A DNA stretch of 64,000 nucleotides from contig NW_003314261.1 in assembly GCF_000143415.4 (NCBI RefSeq), positions 4,814,691 through 4,878,690 on the forward strand, given 5' to 3'. Origin of the DNA: Selaginella moellendorffii. Taxonomy: Eukaryota; Plantae; Lycopodiophyta. Below are positions 62,830 to 64,000 of this stretch, in pieces (the stretch's first letter is position 1; each line of letters begins with the position of its first letter). The notes under the pieces are model-generated. The model was given only the letters and a program-made list of their open reading frames with translations, did no database searches and was not told the DNA's origin. Both the position numbers and the translations under genes were made by a program.

Positions 62830-63870
62830 TTCAGTTTTCTTTAATAAACTAATGGCAATATGCTTAGATTGGTAAATTTTGATAAATTAGCAAAGTAAGT
62901 AAAACAATATTCTTCTGTATTCAAAAGTTGTTTTTTTTCTTGGAACTTTTCTTAACCCTGTTTGAGGAATCTTTAATTTATTAATTTAGGATTTTTACTC
63001 TACTTTAACTCTTCTTAAACAAGTTAACTCAATATATAGTTTGAACAACAAGATCAAAAGATATTTGTGCAAAATACTTTTAATGCTTTCATTTTTTGTT
63101 TAGTTGTGTTTGATTACTATTATACATTAACTAATTTATAAAAAATAACTTTAATTAATTTTTATGGTGTTAACTAGATTATCTTTTTTTAATAATATTT
63201 TATAAATAATCATTACAACTGATTTTTTAGATTAAAAGATTATACTAGAAATTTTATAACCTTTATCTATAAATATAAAATAATAAATGTTAAGAATTTT
63301 TACATAAAATTTATAATGTTTTCAAAATTAAAATTATTCTTTAATTATTTTCTAATTTTTACATTTTTTTTATGATTTTTTAAATTAAAACTCCCATAAA
63401 CCCAATAAATTTAACTGAGATAAAATATTTAATAAAAAAGTGGTATAGGTATAGTGGCAAAGGCCTTTATGAATGACAAAAAATCATATTTATAATAATG
63501 AAATAAGTTATATTAATTATGTTTGTATAAGATATACTAATGAATCATTTTTCATTTAGTTAATTTTTATTTTTATCACTTTTAGATTGGAGTTTTTTAT
63601 ATTTATTAATTAATTTTTATTTTATTTTTTATATTTTAATTATTAAATATGTGATAGATTATAAATCCACTAGCTATATCATTTGCAATTGTGAAAGTAC
63701 AATAGTATCTAAACATTTTTTAAATAAATTGGCTTATAATTTTTAAAACATATGTGCCAAGATTTGAAGAATAAGAAAAAAAAAATTCTTAGCAATTCTC
63801 CACTATTAGTTAGTTAAGTACATTCTATTTTATGCTATTTTGACAATTTAGATTTTAGATTACAGTATTA
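62830..63870. other. Extremely AT-rich non-coding segment
   Basis: Visibly A/T-dominated with almost no CpG; no ORFs in the provided track. Confidence 0.8.
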
Positions 63871-64000
63871 GCATCAGCAGTCAAAGCAAAGACAAAACTA
63901 AGAGGAGCAAACAATGCCACTAAAGCCAAGAGCCATGAAGACACACAAGCCAGTGGCCACTGCCAAGAAATGATAATAAGGCATTGCTTGACAAGGATCA

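Overview
Eukaryotic land-plant nuclear DNA. The very short GT-AG introns, the ~2 kb gene spacing and the PLS-type PPR gene suggest a Selaginella-like lycophyte (inference). The window has two domains. (1) From ~1 to 34 kb, after the 5' half of a CCR-like gene, lies a CpG-depleted nest of LTR retroelements: Ty3/gypsy remnants, several Ty1/copia, a TRIM, a 1.6 kb solo-LTR-like insertion with a graded minisatellite, and a complete 4.5 kb copia with 87-bp LTRs. These interrupt a three-unit tandem array of [fungal/microbial-type 2OG-Fe(II) dioxygenase-like gene (+) / PLS-PPR gene (-)], in which only the last PPR is intact. (2) From ~34 to 62 kb lies a gene-dense block: PPR, ferrochelatase with a C-terminal CAB motif, LSU-like, RPL18a, APRR2/GLK-like, an unknown plant protein, SnRK1 gamma-like CBS protein, polyprenol reductase, ESR/DRN-like ERF, tRNA-Ile(UAU), ALG5, VDE-related, GDSL lipase, a large unknown RPx(S/T)A-repeat protein, and a TDY MAP kinase. 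An AT-rich tail follows. Top observations are a near-perfect UPE-box (SLIM1/EIL3 sulfur-deficiency element) in the 375-bp divergent promoter shared by the LSU-like gene and ferrochelatase, and the repeated dioxygenase-PPR module. All family assignments come from motif recognition without database searches, and exon coordinates were read by eye.
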